NCBI GenBank assembly: GCA_030141605.1
Contig: JAQGDQ010000017.1
Coordinates: 186,001 to 250,000 of the forward strand
Direction of reading: 5' to 3'
DNA from: Tubiluchus corallicola
Lineage: Eukaryota; Animalia; Priapulida
DNA: 64,000 nt
Notes under the pieces: model-generated
The model's input: the letters and a program-made list of their open reading frames with translations, nothing else
What the model was told of the DNA's origin: nothing
Database searches by the model: none
Position numbers and translations under genes: made by a program
Shown: positions 26,481 through 39,454 of the stretch, in pieces
Layout of the letters: the number at the start of each line of letters is the position of its first letter
Position numbering within the stretch: the first letter of the stretch is position 1

Positions 26481-26904
26481 TACATATACACTCTATCGCT
26501 CGTCTCTGTTCTTTCTCACTACTTAATGGCTGGAAGTCTTGCTGCAGCGTCCTTATTGAGAAACGGGGGATAAACTGTATCATAAATCGTTTAATCGATT
26601 CAGCAAGTAAACCATGACTTGCAATTGATCTGTCTAAATGGCGCTATGGCTCTAAGCCACTAAACTTGATTTAACGTCTACAAGCATTCTACAATATACA
26701 TGTTAAGTGTGGCAATTCAAGCTCATGAATCCCCGACTAGCGCATTGCAGTGCACTTTGTTGGCTTTTCATTACATGAGTAATTAAAAGCAAAATAAAGA
26801 CAGACTTTAATTAATTGTGAGGCGCTCAAATGAATGAATAAATACAACACAATACGCAATCCAATTCAATGCAATAGAATGCTATTTAATACACTGTAAT
26901 ACAC

Positions 26905-27112
26905 GCAATGCAATGTAACGCAACGCAATGCAATACAATACAATACAGTACAGTACAGTGCAGCACAGTACGATACGATACGATACGGTACAATACGATA
27001 CCATACGATACGATACGATACGATACGACACGACACGACACGACACGACACGACACGACACGACACGACACGACACGATACAATACAATACAATACAATA
27101 CAATACAATACA
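26905..27112. repeat. Compound pentanucleotide microsatellite (CAATA)-(CAGTA)-(CGATA)-(CGACA)-(CAATA)
   Basis: Seen directly. Confidence 0.97.
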
Positions 27113-28557
27113 AATTTTGAAGCCTCGAATACATCAAAGTACATGTATTTTAATTTGTTGGAAATTAGGGAGGGCTTAGGCACCAGCAACGGCATTTTAA
27201 TTCAGCTTTTCGAAAATGCGGTGAGTGAAAAATACGACCAGATTGTATTTAATGACCAGAATTACATTTTTAGCTTGGGAAGCCAGAAGCTCTGCATTTG
27301 CATTTTGTCAAATTTTTTTAATTATGCCGTCGGAAACACACTCGGTAATATCCGCGTTTTACGTACGCTGGATTGATTTATAATAAACAGACGCGTTCAA
27401 TAATGATTATTTCAGCATGAGAAACCTAGTAAAGCCGTGTCAGATTTTCCACTTGGTTTTATATTTTCAAATTAGCGTCAATGTTAGAAAGATTTCTAAT
27501 TTGGCCAGTCTGTCCGTCTGTCTTCTAGTGCGTAAGATGTCGAGTAAGACAACAAAACTGCTATACAACAGTTCTAGTCTGATGATAATCAGTCACCTTG
27601 TGCAGGGGCTTGACACACAATCAAGAACTGTAGGCCCAACTGCTTATGTCCCCTGGTCCGTACCAGTATTTTTACAAATGTACTAAAATCCTGGTGAACT
27701 GGCAGTTTCAAGAAAATGAACATCAGTTTCAACAAAAAGTATATAACACGGAATATCTTCAGTTAAAAATTTCCGTTAACCATCAAATAGTTGCATAATC
27801 AAGCTTCGGGCAAATACAATTAAGTAATACGTATAGAAGTGCAGCACACATACGAAAATTACTTTTCAAAAGCTTGATAGACATTATCATGTTTGATAGT
27901 GTAAACTAAAAGCAGGCCAATTTTGGGAGAGTGCAAGAAGCGATTTTAAGAGCGTTCTAATTTTTTATGACCAGCCCAATTAAAAGCAAATCTCCATGAT
28001 ACTACAACACTTGATGAATCTCATTGTCAATTTTTCACGCGGCTGAGTTCGGAAGCAGCAAGACACGACTGTATCAAGAAATGATCACATGAAATCACAA
28101 AGTCGGCTGTAGTTGCGACACGGAAATGTCAACATTAAGTTATAAAACAATTTGACCGGAATCGAGCGCTCTAAATGTGGCATCAATGAGATTACTTGTT
28201 TGCTCATGTGATCGCTGAATTTGCCCAATAAATGATTGTTATGAAAACGGCAAATAATTCCCGGCTTCACTGACTATAAACTATTATGTACAGACTACAG
28301 TAAGTGAAAAGAAAAAGTGTGACCTAGAGAATTATAATGCAGTTAATATGCTTGCAGTTGAATACCGAAACTATAATAACATTAAAGTGTTTGCGAGTAA
28401 CTTGCACAAACATTTTGAATTTATTATTCGCGGCATTTATTCGGTTAAAATTTTTGTCAAAGAGATAAAAACATCCAAATGCAATGCCATACAACTGCAA
28501 CGTGACAGAAAACAAAAGCGCTGAGCCCTCCAGAATTCAGACGAGTTTTAGAGTTAA

Positions 28558-28772
28558 ACTAGCGCTTATGTAACTTGCGGATTCTTTGAGGGTGCGAATA
28601 GATAAAATCGGTTTATTTTGTTTTTCAATGCACCCGTTTATACAGCTATTCTTTTATTCTTATTCTTTTTTTGCAGTTATTCCTATTGACTTGTTTCCGC
28701 AAGCTATTCCACAGACTGTTCCGCGCGGGAAAACGCGTCCGCATCCGCATAGCAAGTTACCTAAACGCCACT
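28558..28772. mobile_element. PIF/Harbinger-type (Tourist-like) MITE, copy 1
   Basis: 21-bp imperfect TIRs ACTAGCGCTTATGTAACTTGC / GCAAGTTACCTAAACGCCACT with TAA on both flanks. The interior is homologous to 38207-38404. Confidence 0.75.
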
Positions 28773-29759
28773 TAACAGTAAAGACCTTTTGTTTACAACT
28801 GCTGGGATATAATGATGCGTGTGTAATCGCCAAAGATCGTACACCTATTTCTGGTTCCAATTTTTTTTTGCAAAGTAAACGTTGTTACTTTTCGGTTAGA
28901 ATCGTGTTTGCTATAGCTGTAGTAAATCACTTAAAACACTCCTAAACGTCTCTTTCTTTTCTTCGCCCGACGAGAAATTTTGGACTTTGCAGAAAAACAG
29001 TATTGAGAAAAGTTGTTGAAAGCAACATTAGGTGAAAGCAATCTTAGTTTCAATTTTCTTGAAATAGGTTTAACACATTACACTTGTAAATTAATTTCTA
29101 ATTGAATTTTAGTCGAGTGAATTGCGAGTCTATTATTATATAGCTTTAGAGTTAGCTGTATAATATGACTGATGGAATTCTATAATGTGAATTAGTTCCG
29201 GAAATACAAAGAATAGATCAAATGAAAAACAAGAAAACAATCGATTGTTTTCGTTACGTTCAGATTTTATTTTATTGTTCTACAACCAAATGTTATTGTT
29301 GTACTTTTCTGTTGTAGGCTAATGTTACGACTAGTGCAGATGGAGAAGAGCTGACTAGAGTAGGGTAGTCACTGGAGATTCCTTTGTCGAGCAAAAAGAT
29401 TTACACAAAATTTTACTTTAAAGAGGAATCTGCCCACAAACTCCAGATAGTGGCTTCGCAACAAAATGGTATTGGTTCTTGTGGGGTTCTGTATTAATAC
29501 TTGTCTATTAATCGCTCAAATCAACACGACGGCAACAAAATGATTAAAGTATACAGTATTCAAATTTAATCATAATACATTGGGCACGAAATGCATAACG
29601 ACGAAACACGTCATTAAAGTACAATATATCGAAACACAACATTGGCAACAATATCAGAAAAAATTAATAAACAAAATTATTTAATAGCGTCAAAATTAGG
29701 CAGTAATTCACCTGTAACTCTGCAGAAAACATTTCGGGGTTAAACTTTAGGTATAAATT

Positions 29760-30110
29760 CGATCTCTGGCACGACTTCAACTCGTGTAGGATCACGTTTA
29801 TATAGACCATTTATCAATCATGAATACCCCATGATTCGTCGCATAGTAAGGCTAAGCTTACAGTTCGGGATCCCGTGGTGTAGTTAGAAGCTGTAGACAC
29901 CTCTTACTCGCCTCAAAAATCGGAAAACTGCACTGGACGGTCCTGTCCTTCTCGTCTATCGCTCAAGAGGTAGTCATAATAGCCACAAGTATTATCATCG
30001 CAACATAGAGTGCTTGGCCAACCATCACCCATCGACTGTGAGAGCAGCGATCAAAAGCAGTAAAATGGTAGAGATTTTCATCCAAAAGCTCATCAAAACT
30101 GCCATTACGA
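29760..30110 (-). pseudogene. Highly degenerate PIF/Harbinger transposase N-terminal relic
   Basis: Across frameshifts the motifs appear in order: ILLLLIAAL, GYYDYLLSD.RE..D...QFSDF, IPNCKLSLTMRRIMGYS, VVPEI. This follows the Harbinger order G.Y..L..EL..ED...F.NF.RM / KL..TLR.LATG.S / VPEVC. Confidence 0.45.
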
Positions 30111-31316
30111 AAAATCTGACATATGCAATGCTTTCAGGTCCAATACCATTGCTCAACTGTTTTCTACATTACACACATGTATCGTGGCGAGTTTTCTGGG
30201 TCACCTATCCGCATTCAAAAGTCGATCAGACGGCTTCATATCGTGCACAAAATTGAATGCTGCAAACGAACCCGCAGAACTTACATACCTAAATTTTGGG
30301 TTTGAAGGATAACTGAATCATTTATTATACTTATTTTCAGGTTTAATCAATAACGTAGCTATTATATTAATTCTTTTTAATGATGACGCAATCATTATAA
30401 TATTTCCCATCAAACTTTCTGGGGAAAAAGTGTAACAATATGCTACACGTAATTATTGTTGCTGTTAAGACCGTAAGTGGACTTTGATAATGTAGCATGC
30501 ACACTTGAAGTTGCAGAATAGCAGCTGCTCTCTTGGCTAGTAAGGTCTAGGACGTAACAGTCGTTCATAGAAAATGCCAAATGGTTCCCTGGACAATCGC
30601 GTGGCAAATAGAGAACAAATGAAAGCAGATTCACCTGAGAGTTCCTGATGCTGCTGCTTCGTTGACGTTTATGGCAATTCTAAACTGCACTGTACAGGAT
30701 TATGTGGTTGTCTTAAAGTTTACTATTCAGCAAAAGCCACGCAGGACATTTAGCCCATCATCCTAAATTATGTTCATTTAAATTTAATAAAAAATGCGTG
30801 AAAATGATAAAATTTACGTCTAAGGCTACTTGAAAAGCAGCTATGAGTATAAGAGCAATGACGTACCAGAAGTACCTGTGCAGCCTGTAATTTTCTGAGC
30901 ATGGAATAGACGAAGTGGAACATGGAAATGCGCACCCACCGTCGCGCGTTCTTTCTTTTTTATAATTTCCGTTAAGGCCCAGATCAAAACACCTAACATA
31001 GATTTGTAAGGAATTAATTAGAATCTGATATTACTTCTTTTGGTATTTGTTAGAGCACTAGCTATAAGCGTTTATTAAGAGACGAAATTGTAGCTCCAAG
31101 TTTTAGCTCTGACAATTTCTTATTATAGCATGCATTACCACAGATGGGTAATGCGCGTCATCAGTTAACATCTCTTAACGGAAAAGTTAAGAGTCCCGGA
31201 AAGTCAGGTTTATTTTAATGTTCGAGAAAAATATTAGTAAGTTTTAGCTAATGTAATTTTAGTGTATTTAATGGTAATACGTTTTCGTTTTAATGGAGAG
31301 TGATAAGTGGCAAGTG

Positions 31317-31319
<3 letters not shown>

Positions 31320-31372
<53 letters not shown>
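31320..31372. repeat. (AG)n microsatellite
   Basis: Seen directly. Confidence 0.98.
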
Positions 31373-31374
<2 letters not shown>

Positions 31375-32086
31375 TGGGGATTTGTAAAATTTTGAAGGTA
31401 TTTTAAGTTTACTTAAAACACAAAACAAGAACAAGTAAGCTTTTTATTTACCTTAAATTACTTTACACTCTAAACTCAAGCATTAAGTTTTCAATTCATC
31501 TTCAGTTATTTTTCTTTACAGGCGTTTAAAATTTATACCATTCAAGGTTCTTCTAGTACTGCTACTAATACTACTAATAATGATAATTACAGCTTGTTAT
31601 TGTTCTATTTATATACGCATTTGCTCACTTTTCTTTCCTCGTCTGCAATTTGTTTCTCTTCTTACTTTAACGCGTCATTACGCTGATTCACAGAAACTCT
31701 CCCGTATCCAATCGCCTGACTACTATTAAAATGTCTAACTACGTCAAAGCCTATCACATAGCTCCCTTTCCAGCTCTAATCCTCCATTAAGTCAACTTTT
31801 ACTCCCATTATCTCAGACCCCAAGAGCCTGAGAGTATTATCGATCAAGGTCCGGCACAATGTGCAAAGACATCCTCAGTCAAGAGCTTAAAGTTTCCATG
31901 AATTTTAGTATTTTCGTTGTTATTAATCACCAGATAATAGCAAAAAAGCGGTGAGTAATGCGTCAGTGCATTAATCATGGATTATCTCTGTGATATCATA
32001 GCAGATGAGAGGAAAATACTCGGTTTCAATTAGCGCAACTTTGCCTTTGTATTCTCAAATTCTCGTAAGCGCAAGTGAGTCAAACA

Positions 32087-32449
32087 CGGCTGTAGGTCAA
32101 AGGACCACCGGACAAAGGACAAAGTTTTAATTTCTTTCAAAATTTTTAATTGTTTTTCATCTACAACATCTATGCGTATAAACAGTATTTTGGCCAAGTG
32201 GGTAGAAAAATACTGAAAAATAAATAATGCAGAACTTTATAGTTCAACCTTTGCAAATTACTAATATAAATATGTCAACACAAAGCACAATGTATCCCAG
32301 GCGATTATCTGTTGACAATTGCCTTTACCGGTGATCCTCTGTCTTTTGAGGCAAATCTTTGTCCGGTGGCCCTGTGTCCGGAGGTCCTTTGTCTAGTGGT
32401 CCTTTGGCCGGGGTGGTCGTTTTTCCGGTGATTCTTTGTCCGTCCACTG
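32087..32449. mobile_element. Foldback-type non-autonomous DNA transposon with 15-bp subterminal repeats
   Basis: The left arm GGTCAAAGGACCACCGGACAAAGGAC is inverted relative to a right-arm array of about 6 GGTGGTCCTTTGTCC-like units. The core is AT-rich, and the flanks are TCAAACA / TCAAGCA. Confidence 0.7.
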
Positions 32450-33434
32450 TCAAGCATGGCCATCGCACCCAGTAAGCACGCAAGTTACGCATGTATGCGA
32501 GCACGAATTCGCAAAACATCTCGCATTTGGAAAGAGGGGTAATTAGATTTCGTCTCACGTTGTTCACAAGCAATTGCTTTTGCGGTTAGGAAATACTCGA
32601 TTGCAAACGAGAGTCGGATGAGTGGCAATTGTTGTGAATCCTCGGGTCGACATGCATATGAGTCCGTGTTAACAGTGAGTACTCTCAATCAGCCTGGAGG
32701 GCGTCCTTACAGTGCTTCTCTCAATCACATATTTGTCCGCTAGGTTCGCTATCATTTGTGCTATTTTCCTTTTAAGCACCTGATCACGAAAGTTTTTAAT
32801 TAATGATGGTACCAAACCACAGTTAATAAAATTTTATGCTAAGCTTGAATTGAAAAAAAAATGGAATACAACTTGAATTTGAACCAAAAGTCTTCTGCTT
32901 CAAAGCAGTCGACATATATTATATTATGTTATATTATATTCATATATTATAGCTGGCCAACCAAATTTCGCATTTCCAATGTTAGGTCTCTGACACAAGA
33001 GTGATTCTGACTATATACATTTTTCATATTTTGTTTAATTTTGAGCTTGTAATTAATGAAAAATTGAAAATTTAATACGACAAAGCTGAAATACAGGCAT
33101 GATCAAAATCAAAAGTTTTTGATTGTTTAATTCTGCATAAACAGTTTTGCAATAATAATTAATCAAAAGACAGAATAGGCGGTATTGGTTTATGCATTTT
33201 AAGAAATTTATGTAGTATTTGCACTGTTAAACACCCCAACTTTAACTTTTCATGCCTCTAACCTGTTCTTAACCTTTTATGATGAGACATCCTTTTGCAG
33301 AAATTACCCGCGTTGCTCCTTTGTGATTAGCTGTTTTTCGTCGAGAACATAGACCAGAGTTCTGCAGCACGTGCCACGAAGGTTAATGATACTATGGTCC
33401 CAAAGGTAACATCAGTGCAGTTCAGTTTCATATG

Positions 33435-33454
33435 GTTGCCATGGTAAACACGTG
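33435..33454. promoter_or_regulatory. Candidate RFX X-box overlapping an E-box
   Basis: GTTGCCATGGTAAAC runs directly into CACGTG. This is a motif match only. Confidence 0.3.
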
Positions 33455-34499
33455 ATGACATTAAGAGTTTTAGACCAAACTACTGCAGTGACCGCGTTTT
33501 GACTTTCAGTGGTGTGATACTGCTTAACCTTCTTGTCCTTTTTATTGTCTCTGATTTTCTTCGTTTTGCGGGTGCATAGATCTGTCGAGCATATTGGACA
33601 GAAGAAATAAACCCGAACTGAAATAAACCCGAACTTCATGGCATTTGAAGAATAAAAATTTCCAACACTTGGCCACAGTAACATTTGGTCACAGCCAAAG
33701 ACATGCGTTTTCATATTTTTACAAATTCGTGTTATTCACATTGTGTAAGTGAGCTCACATGCAAAAACTATTTCACCTGTTCCACTCAGCCTAAAATTAA
33801 CAATGTTATTTTGCATTGCACTTTAAATAAATTTTATTCTAAAAACAAAAACTGATCTTGCCGTATTCTTGAATACCCGACGAGCTGCTTGTGGATGCAA
33901 AACTAAAAATTATTGGCTTCTAGGCTGTGTGTTGACTTTTTTGCGACTGAGGACGACAAAGCATAGTGCTGAACTCGTCTCCACCATTCTAGCTCATTCT
34001 AGGCGGTGCGATGCACTCAATTATACCTCTTTGTCACTTACATTAAGCGGTCTTCATGTTCAGTTCTTCTGTCAGACGTTGAACGTAACTAATCTGTAAT
34101 AACAGCCCATTATAATGCAGCAGATTGATTTGCTGTTTATATGCAGTACAACTAATCTGCTGCCGCTGGACAAAAGTCATTTATTACTTATTGTTTAAGA
34201 GAGATTACGTCTTTCATCTTATAATGTTCTATATAGCTAAAACGCCACACGCGGTTGTCTTGGCCATCATCAATAATACATTATTCTTAGCATAATCATT
34301 GCCAATTGGGAATACAACAGACATATGGTATCTTTAATTTGGTTCTGAGGTTATCTAAGTTCAGTTAAGTACTTAGTACGTAGCAAAAAATCGATACATA
34401 AAATAAGGCGATTACAATTAGAATTGCTAATGACCGAATCTGGATCGGATTTTCTGATGATTTTGACAATTAATATCATCTTCTATAACTTTACAATGT

Positions 34500-34653
34500 A
34501 CTTCTCTCTTTCTCTCTCTCCGCCTCTCTACCTGTCTGTCTGTCTGTTTGATGAATGGTAGACTGACCGACTGACCGGTTGTCTGTCCATCTGTCTGTTT
34601 GACTGTCTACATGTCTGCCTGTCTCTCTTTCTCCCTCCCTCCTGTTCTCTTTC

Positions 34654-34729
<76 letters not shown>

Positions 34730-34735
34730 TCTGTC
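34500..34735. repeat. (CTGT)n and (CT)n microsatellites
   Basis: Seen directly. Confidence 0.96.
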
Positions 34736-35619
34736 GGCCTGCAGACCAATTCCCCAAATTCTTGTAGATACTTTTAAACAATTGTATAACTGCATTTCTA
34801 AAAAAGTCAAACTTTTGTAGATACGTGATTGTAAATTGGTTTTTTTACAAGTATATTGTGCAGAATGAAAGTTCTCACATTTCAAAATACGATCGATGTG
34901 ATTACTCTGTCTTTGACTTTATCATCAAATCAAAGGTAGGGACAAACACTGAATATATATCATATCAGATTGTGCTGGGCAAACACAATCAAGCTATGGT
35001 TTGAACACGTTTTCAAAGCAAACTGCGACACACACATTCACTATATTTACACAGACTACTGACTTTAATGGTAAAATAATCGCGCGAAAGCTCTGGTTAA
35101 AGCTGTGTGCTTGTGTCAGTGTTTTGCATATATAAAATTGATGTGAGACATTCAAACGCTTGTAAGTTAAATTGATGGGAGACATTCGAACGGTTGCGAA
35201 ATATTACTTTCAACAATTCTTCGGCACATCGCTACCGCCCTCAGAGTAAACGGTCTCCATTCAACGAGAAGTCACGCCAATCAAACAGAAATAAACCGAG
35301 AGAAACCTGGAGAAACTGCACCTCTGATTGCTTCTTTGTCACGAACTGTTTTCCCTGATAAATCCACCGCATTCACTAGACTGAGGAAACCATTCATATT
35401 TAAACAAGCGAAGTTAAAAGCTTGCTTATATAACGTGTTTTGTAGTTGAGGTGGATCCATAAAAGTGGTCAAGTTTACTGTAAAATTGTGCATTCACTAT
35501 GTAGCTTAGTCAAATGTTGTGTTAGACCTTAATCGTTAATCGTTAGTGAGAAAGAAAAAGAAAAACCAAAAAGACGAAAAAGACATTTGTTCCGCCACTG
35601 CTGATGCGGTATTGTTATG

Positions 35620-35630
35620 GATGATGATGA

Positions 35631-35699
<69 letters not shown>

Positions 35700-35716
35700 G
35701 ATTGATAATGATGATG
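35620..35716. repeat. (GAT)n-(GAC)n-(GAT)n microsatellite
   Basis: Seen directly. Confidence 0.97.
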
Positions 35717-36789
35717 TTCAGCTTACATTGGCAGCTATTCAATCTTCTCATACAGATAACAGATTTCATGACTTTTACTGCACGTGGGAAGGGAAAAGAA
35801 ACGAAGAAACCCAAGTGCAGTAAACAATGATGTAAAAGAGCTTGCAAGTCAGATTAGCTTAAAGAACATCTCATAAAATTTGTTATAAAATATTCTGAAC
35901 GACGAAGGAAGACATTTCGTAACTCCACATGCGACTTTAGCATTCTATTCTATCGGTATCACAGTACATGCATAATAACATGCATAATATAACAGCTGTT
36001 ACACTTATGTGCAAATTCGTCCTCCCTGTTGGAATATTCTAACCTGCTTCAGTATGGTTTGCTGAACAAACAAATGCCAAAACGTTAGAATCTATTCTCA
36101 CATTGAAGTTAGCTATCGCTAATGATTTACCATTTCAAAGCTATGAAGAAAAAACGTCACAAAGCCATTTAACGTCATATATTTCAAGATGACAGCAACT
36201 GACTAGTTCACTGATCACAGAAATTAATTAATTTCTTATCATCTCGGCGCCTCTTCATGCGGAAGCTTCAGCTTCATATCTGTAAATCTCATAACGCTGG
36301 CTTCGTTTTGCCGGGTAGCTCTTTTATCCACGGCGATGCGCTCAGCTGTGTAGTTTGTTCATTTTTTGTTGAGTTTTAATTTTGTTTGAAAAGTGCAACG
36401 GTTCCAATAATAATCTTTAAGGTGACGCACCGAAACTGGTTCTGTGGATATTTTGCTTACTGTATACAGGTCGTGTGTCACTGACTTTTGAAGGAGCGGA
36501 AAGAAAGAATTATAAATTGCCCACTTATACTTATACTGTTATATTTAGTTATGTTAAGAACACGTCCCAGTGTATTATTGGGAGCAGCTTTTAGATTCTT
36601 TCTATTGTAAAAATAAGACCGTCTCTGTGGATGTACTCTATTGAGTCAATTTATTTATACTTTGGTAAAAAGCTGAAAGTTGCTCATAATAATGCACCTC
36701 GCCGTGCTTTTACAAAACTAATTATAACTGTAGTATAAGTGGGCAAAATGTCATGCATAATAATAATAATATTAATGCTAATAAATAAG

Positions 36790-37095
36790 CCTACTACATC
36801 CACCGCTGAACGGGCTATCTATCCATACCCAGTACCCCCCTCGGCCCGTTCCCGTTCTCTACATCTCAGCCGTATAACTTTTGCAAAAAACGGTCGAAAA
36901 AGGGCGATTTTTGGAGGTTTTTCGCCCCCCGTTCCTCCCGGTGGGCCCGATTCGAAAAATAAACCCCCAATGAGAAGACACTAGATCGAGACCTTTCGTT
37001 TGATATATAGATCGCCGCAAATGGTGTCCTCATCGAAGCTGTAGCCTCGAATCTTATATATTAAGCCCATACCAAGAATATTAATATAAGAGATT
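36790..37095. mobile_element. GC-rich insertion, probably a non-autonomous (Helentron/HINE-like) element
   Basis: An abrupt GC-rich island that ends in an inverted pair AATCTTATATATTAA / TTAATATAAGAGATT (37051-37095). The class is inferred. Confidence 0.4.
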
Positions 37096-37199
37096 ACAAT
37101 AACATAGCCAAAAAGTTTTCTCCAGCTTTATTTAGGCAGCTCGTAACAGAAAATGTATTAATTAGTAGGCTTATTATATACTGTAAAGAAAATCAAAGA

Positions 37200-37400
37200 A
37201 AAAAAATCAAGCGATGTCAACAGAGCATCTGACCTGTGGAACATGCTTCCACTAAGTGATTAAAATATATTATGTAAATATGTAAATTAATGACTTTTTA
37301 ACTAACCGTCTATTTTTTTGTAATTATTGTTGTGACTTAACGTTGCCTATGCACCGAATATTGCACGAGCGTGTAATATTGAAGTGTATGAAATAAACAC
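37200..37400 (+). mobile_element. Short LINE 3'-end relic
   Basis: RASDLWNMLP (LWNxLP motif) is followed by a T-rich tract and AATAAA at about 37393. Confidence 0.4.
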
Positions 37401-38206
37401 TGAGTAAACCGCATTGGAATAGTCAGACATGATTAAACCGCATTGGACCAAAAATAGTCACGTGATAAAAATGATCATGCAGGAGGATTTGGATCTGAGT
37501 TCATTCAGTCTTGTTGTTCTAGTAAAATATTATTTTAGTTTCTAAACTGCATATTAGTATCAAAACGCGATGTACAGCAGGCATTGAAAGCAGGATAGAC
37601 AGAAAGAAATTCTGCAAATGTTATTAAGTTTGGGTGTACCCTGAGTTTCTTCAAAATAGAATTTTATTGCGGACACGTTTCAAACAATTGATTTTCATTC
37701 TCAAGGCAACTAATTAGCAATGAAATTTTAGCAGAATGTAGAAACAACTTTGAAGTAAAAATTTAGTAGATAATTTTATATTCTGGTATTTTTTGCTTTT
37801 TCTATGCCTTAAAAGTGAACATTAATTGTTCGAAATAGGTTAGCAATAAAATATCATTTTATAGAAGTTATATTATACTTATATGCCAAATATGGTTAAC
37901 CTGTTTTGTCTAGATTCTGATAGGGGGTTGCAAGGATATTACCAATTTCATTTATTAAACCTGCGTACATTAAGATCACTGTTGAGAGCCTCAACAAACT
38001 GATTCATAATGAGGCACAGTAGACATGTTGCATGTAGTAAAAATGAAAATATGCTGGTGCTAGATAATATACAAGCAGATGCATAATATTAATGACATGG
38101 TGCTAAAATTAATAATGTTACAGTATAGTATAATCAATAAATATAAATTTTCGGATTGCTTTCTAAATTAGAATACGTATAACCGGTATAAATTTATTGT
38201 TTCTAA

Positions 38207-38404
38207 AGTGGCGTTTACCTGGCATTCGGAATGCGTATGCGTTTTGCGAATGCGGAATGGATAAAATCGGTTTATATTGTTTTCAATGCACCCGTTTGTC
38301 AGGCCAGCGTTATGCGTTATTTTTTGCAACTATTTCCTATTTATTTTGTATATGCAGGTATTCCGCAGGTGGATAAGCATAACGCGTTCCGGATAAACGC
38401 AACT
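38207..38404. mobile_element. PIF/Harbinger-type MITE, copy 2
   Basis: TAA|AGTGGCGTTTA...TAAACGCAACT|TAA. It shares GATAAAATCGGTTTAT.TTGTTTT(T)CAATGCACCCGTTT with 28558-28772. Confidence 0.75.
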
Positions 38405-39454
38405 TAACAACGTTGTTATGAATTTTGTCTAATTTGTAGCAGTCGTCTAAGTTATGGAATAATCTAGACGAGGATTTAAAAAATGTTGTAGTGTGTATAT
38501 TTTTAAAAACGTGTCAAGAGGAAATTTTTTAGAGAAATGCTGATAGTTAATGTCATTTTTTGTACATTATATTTAAATATCTTTCAAACTGTGCATTTCC
38601 TTTAAACGTGTTTTTAATATGTACACCACGTTTTATAACAAGACGAAATATATTATAAGAATAATTTTTAATAATCATGTTGATTCAACTTATTGGAGAG
38701 GGGAAGGACTGTATGAGTATAACACTTCGTCCTTTCTTACATTTTTATTTTTTATTTCTTAAATAAAACAACGTCATCTAGGGAAGACAATAAATGCTAC
38801 ATAATATAATAAAAAGATTATGGCATAATCTATGGCGTAAAAGAAAAAGGCATAAACTTGAAGGAACTATGGTGTTACTTATCACCATGTTACACAGTGA
38901 TCATGACCATTGCCTATTTCTACTGAATCGGAACACGTTTACTCTCACTGATTACTCAGCCCACTTAGCTACGAAGCCAAGAAAATCTAGACCTACATTT
39001 CTCAATAATATCTTTTATTGGAAAACTATTTAAGGAAAACTGCGGGAAGCTATTGATTGTTGAACTATACACGACTTAGAGCGAGATCTTTAATACTTGC
39101 GAAATCAAAGTGAGACTACTTTATAAAACTGCAGAGCAAAATTATTGCGTCAAAATCACACGGATTCCATACAAACGCATAGGCGAATTCAAGCTCTTTG
39201 AATTAATCGTGCCAGCAGTTTGCAACAGGGGCTCACACGTGACCGATAAGGCGTTCCGACATTCAGTTATCTGAAATGGTTCCCTTGAAATTAACGCTTC
39301 ATTACAACTATTGGACGTATGAGAGAATCGGGTTGCATAAGATATAATGGTGGATATTGACTGACAATTGATGGCCAGCAGTTAGTGCAGAATTAAATTC
39401 ATTAGCATAATATCAAGCGTAGTTTGAGAATGCTGCGAACAGAATCGTTTGCAG

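Noticed and set aside
27597-27723. ATG-to-phase-1-donor ORF MFIFLKLPVHQ...QAPAQ as exon 1
   Set aside because: It lacks a convincing hydrophobic region, and chance occurrence is expected in 50 kb.
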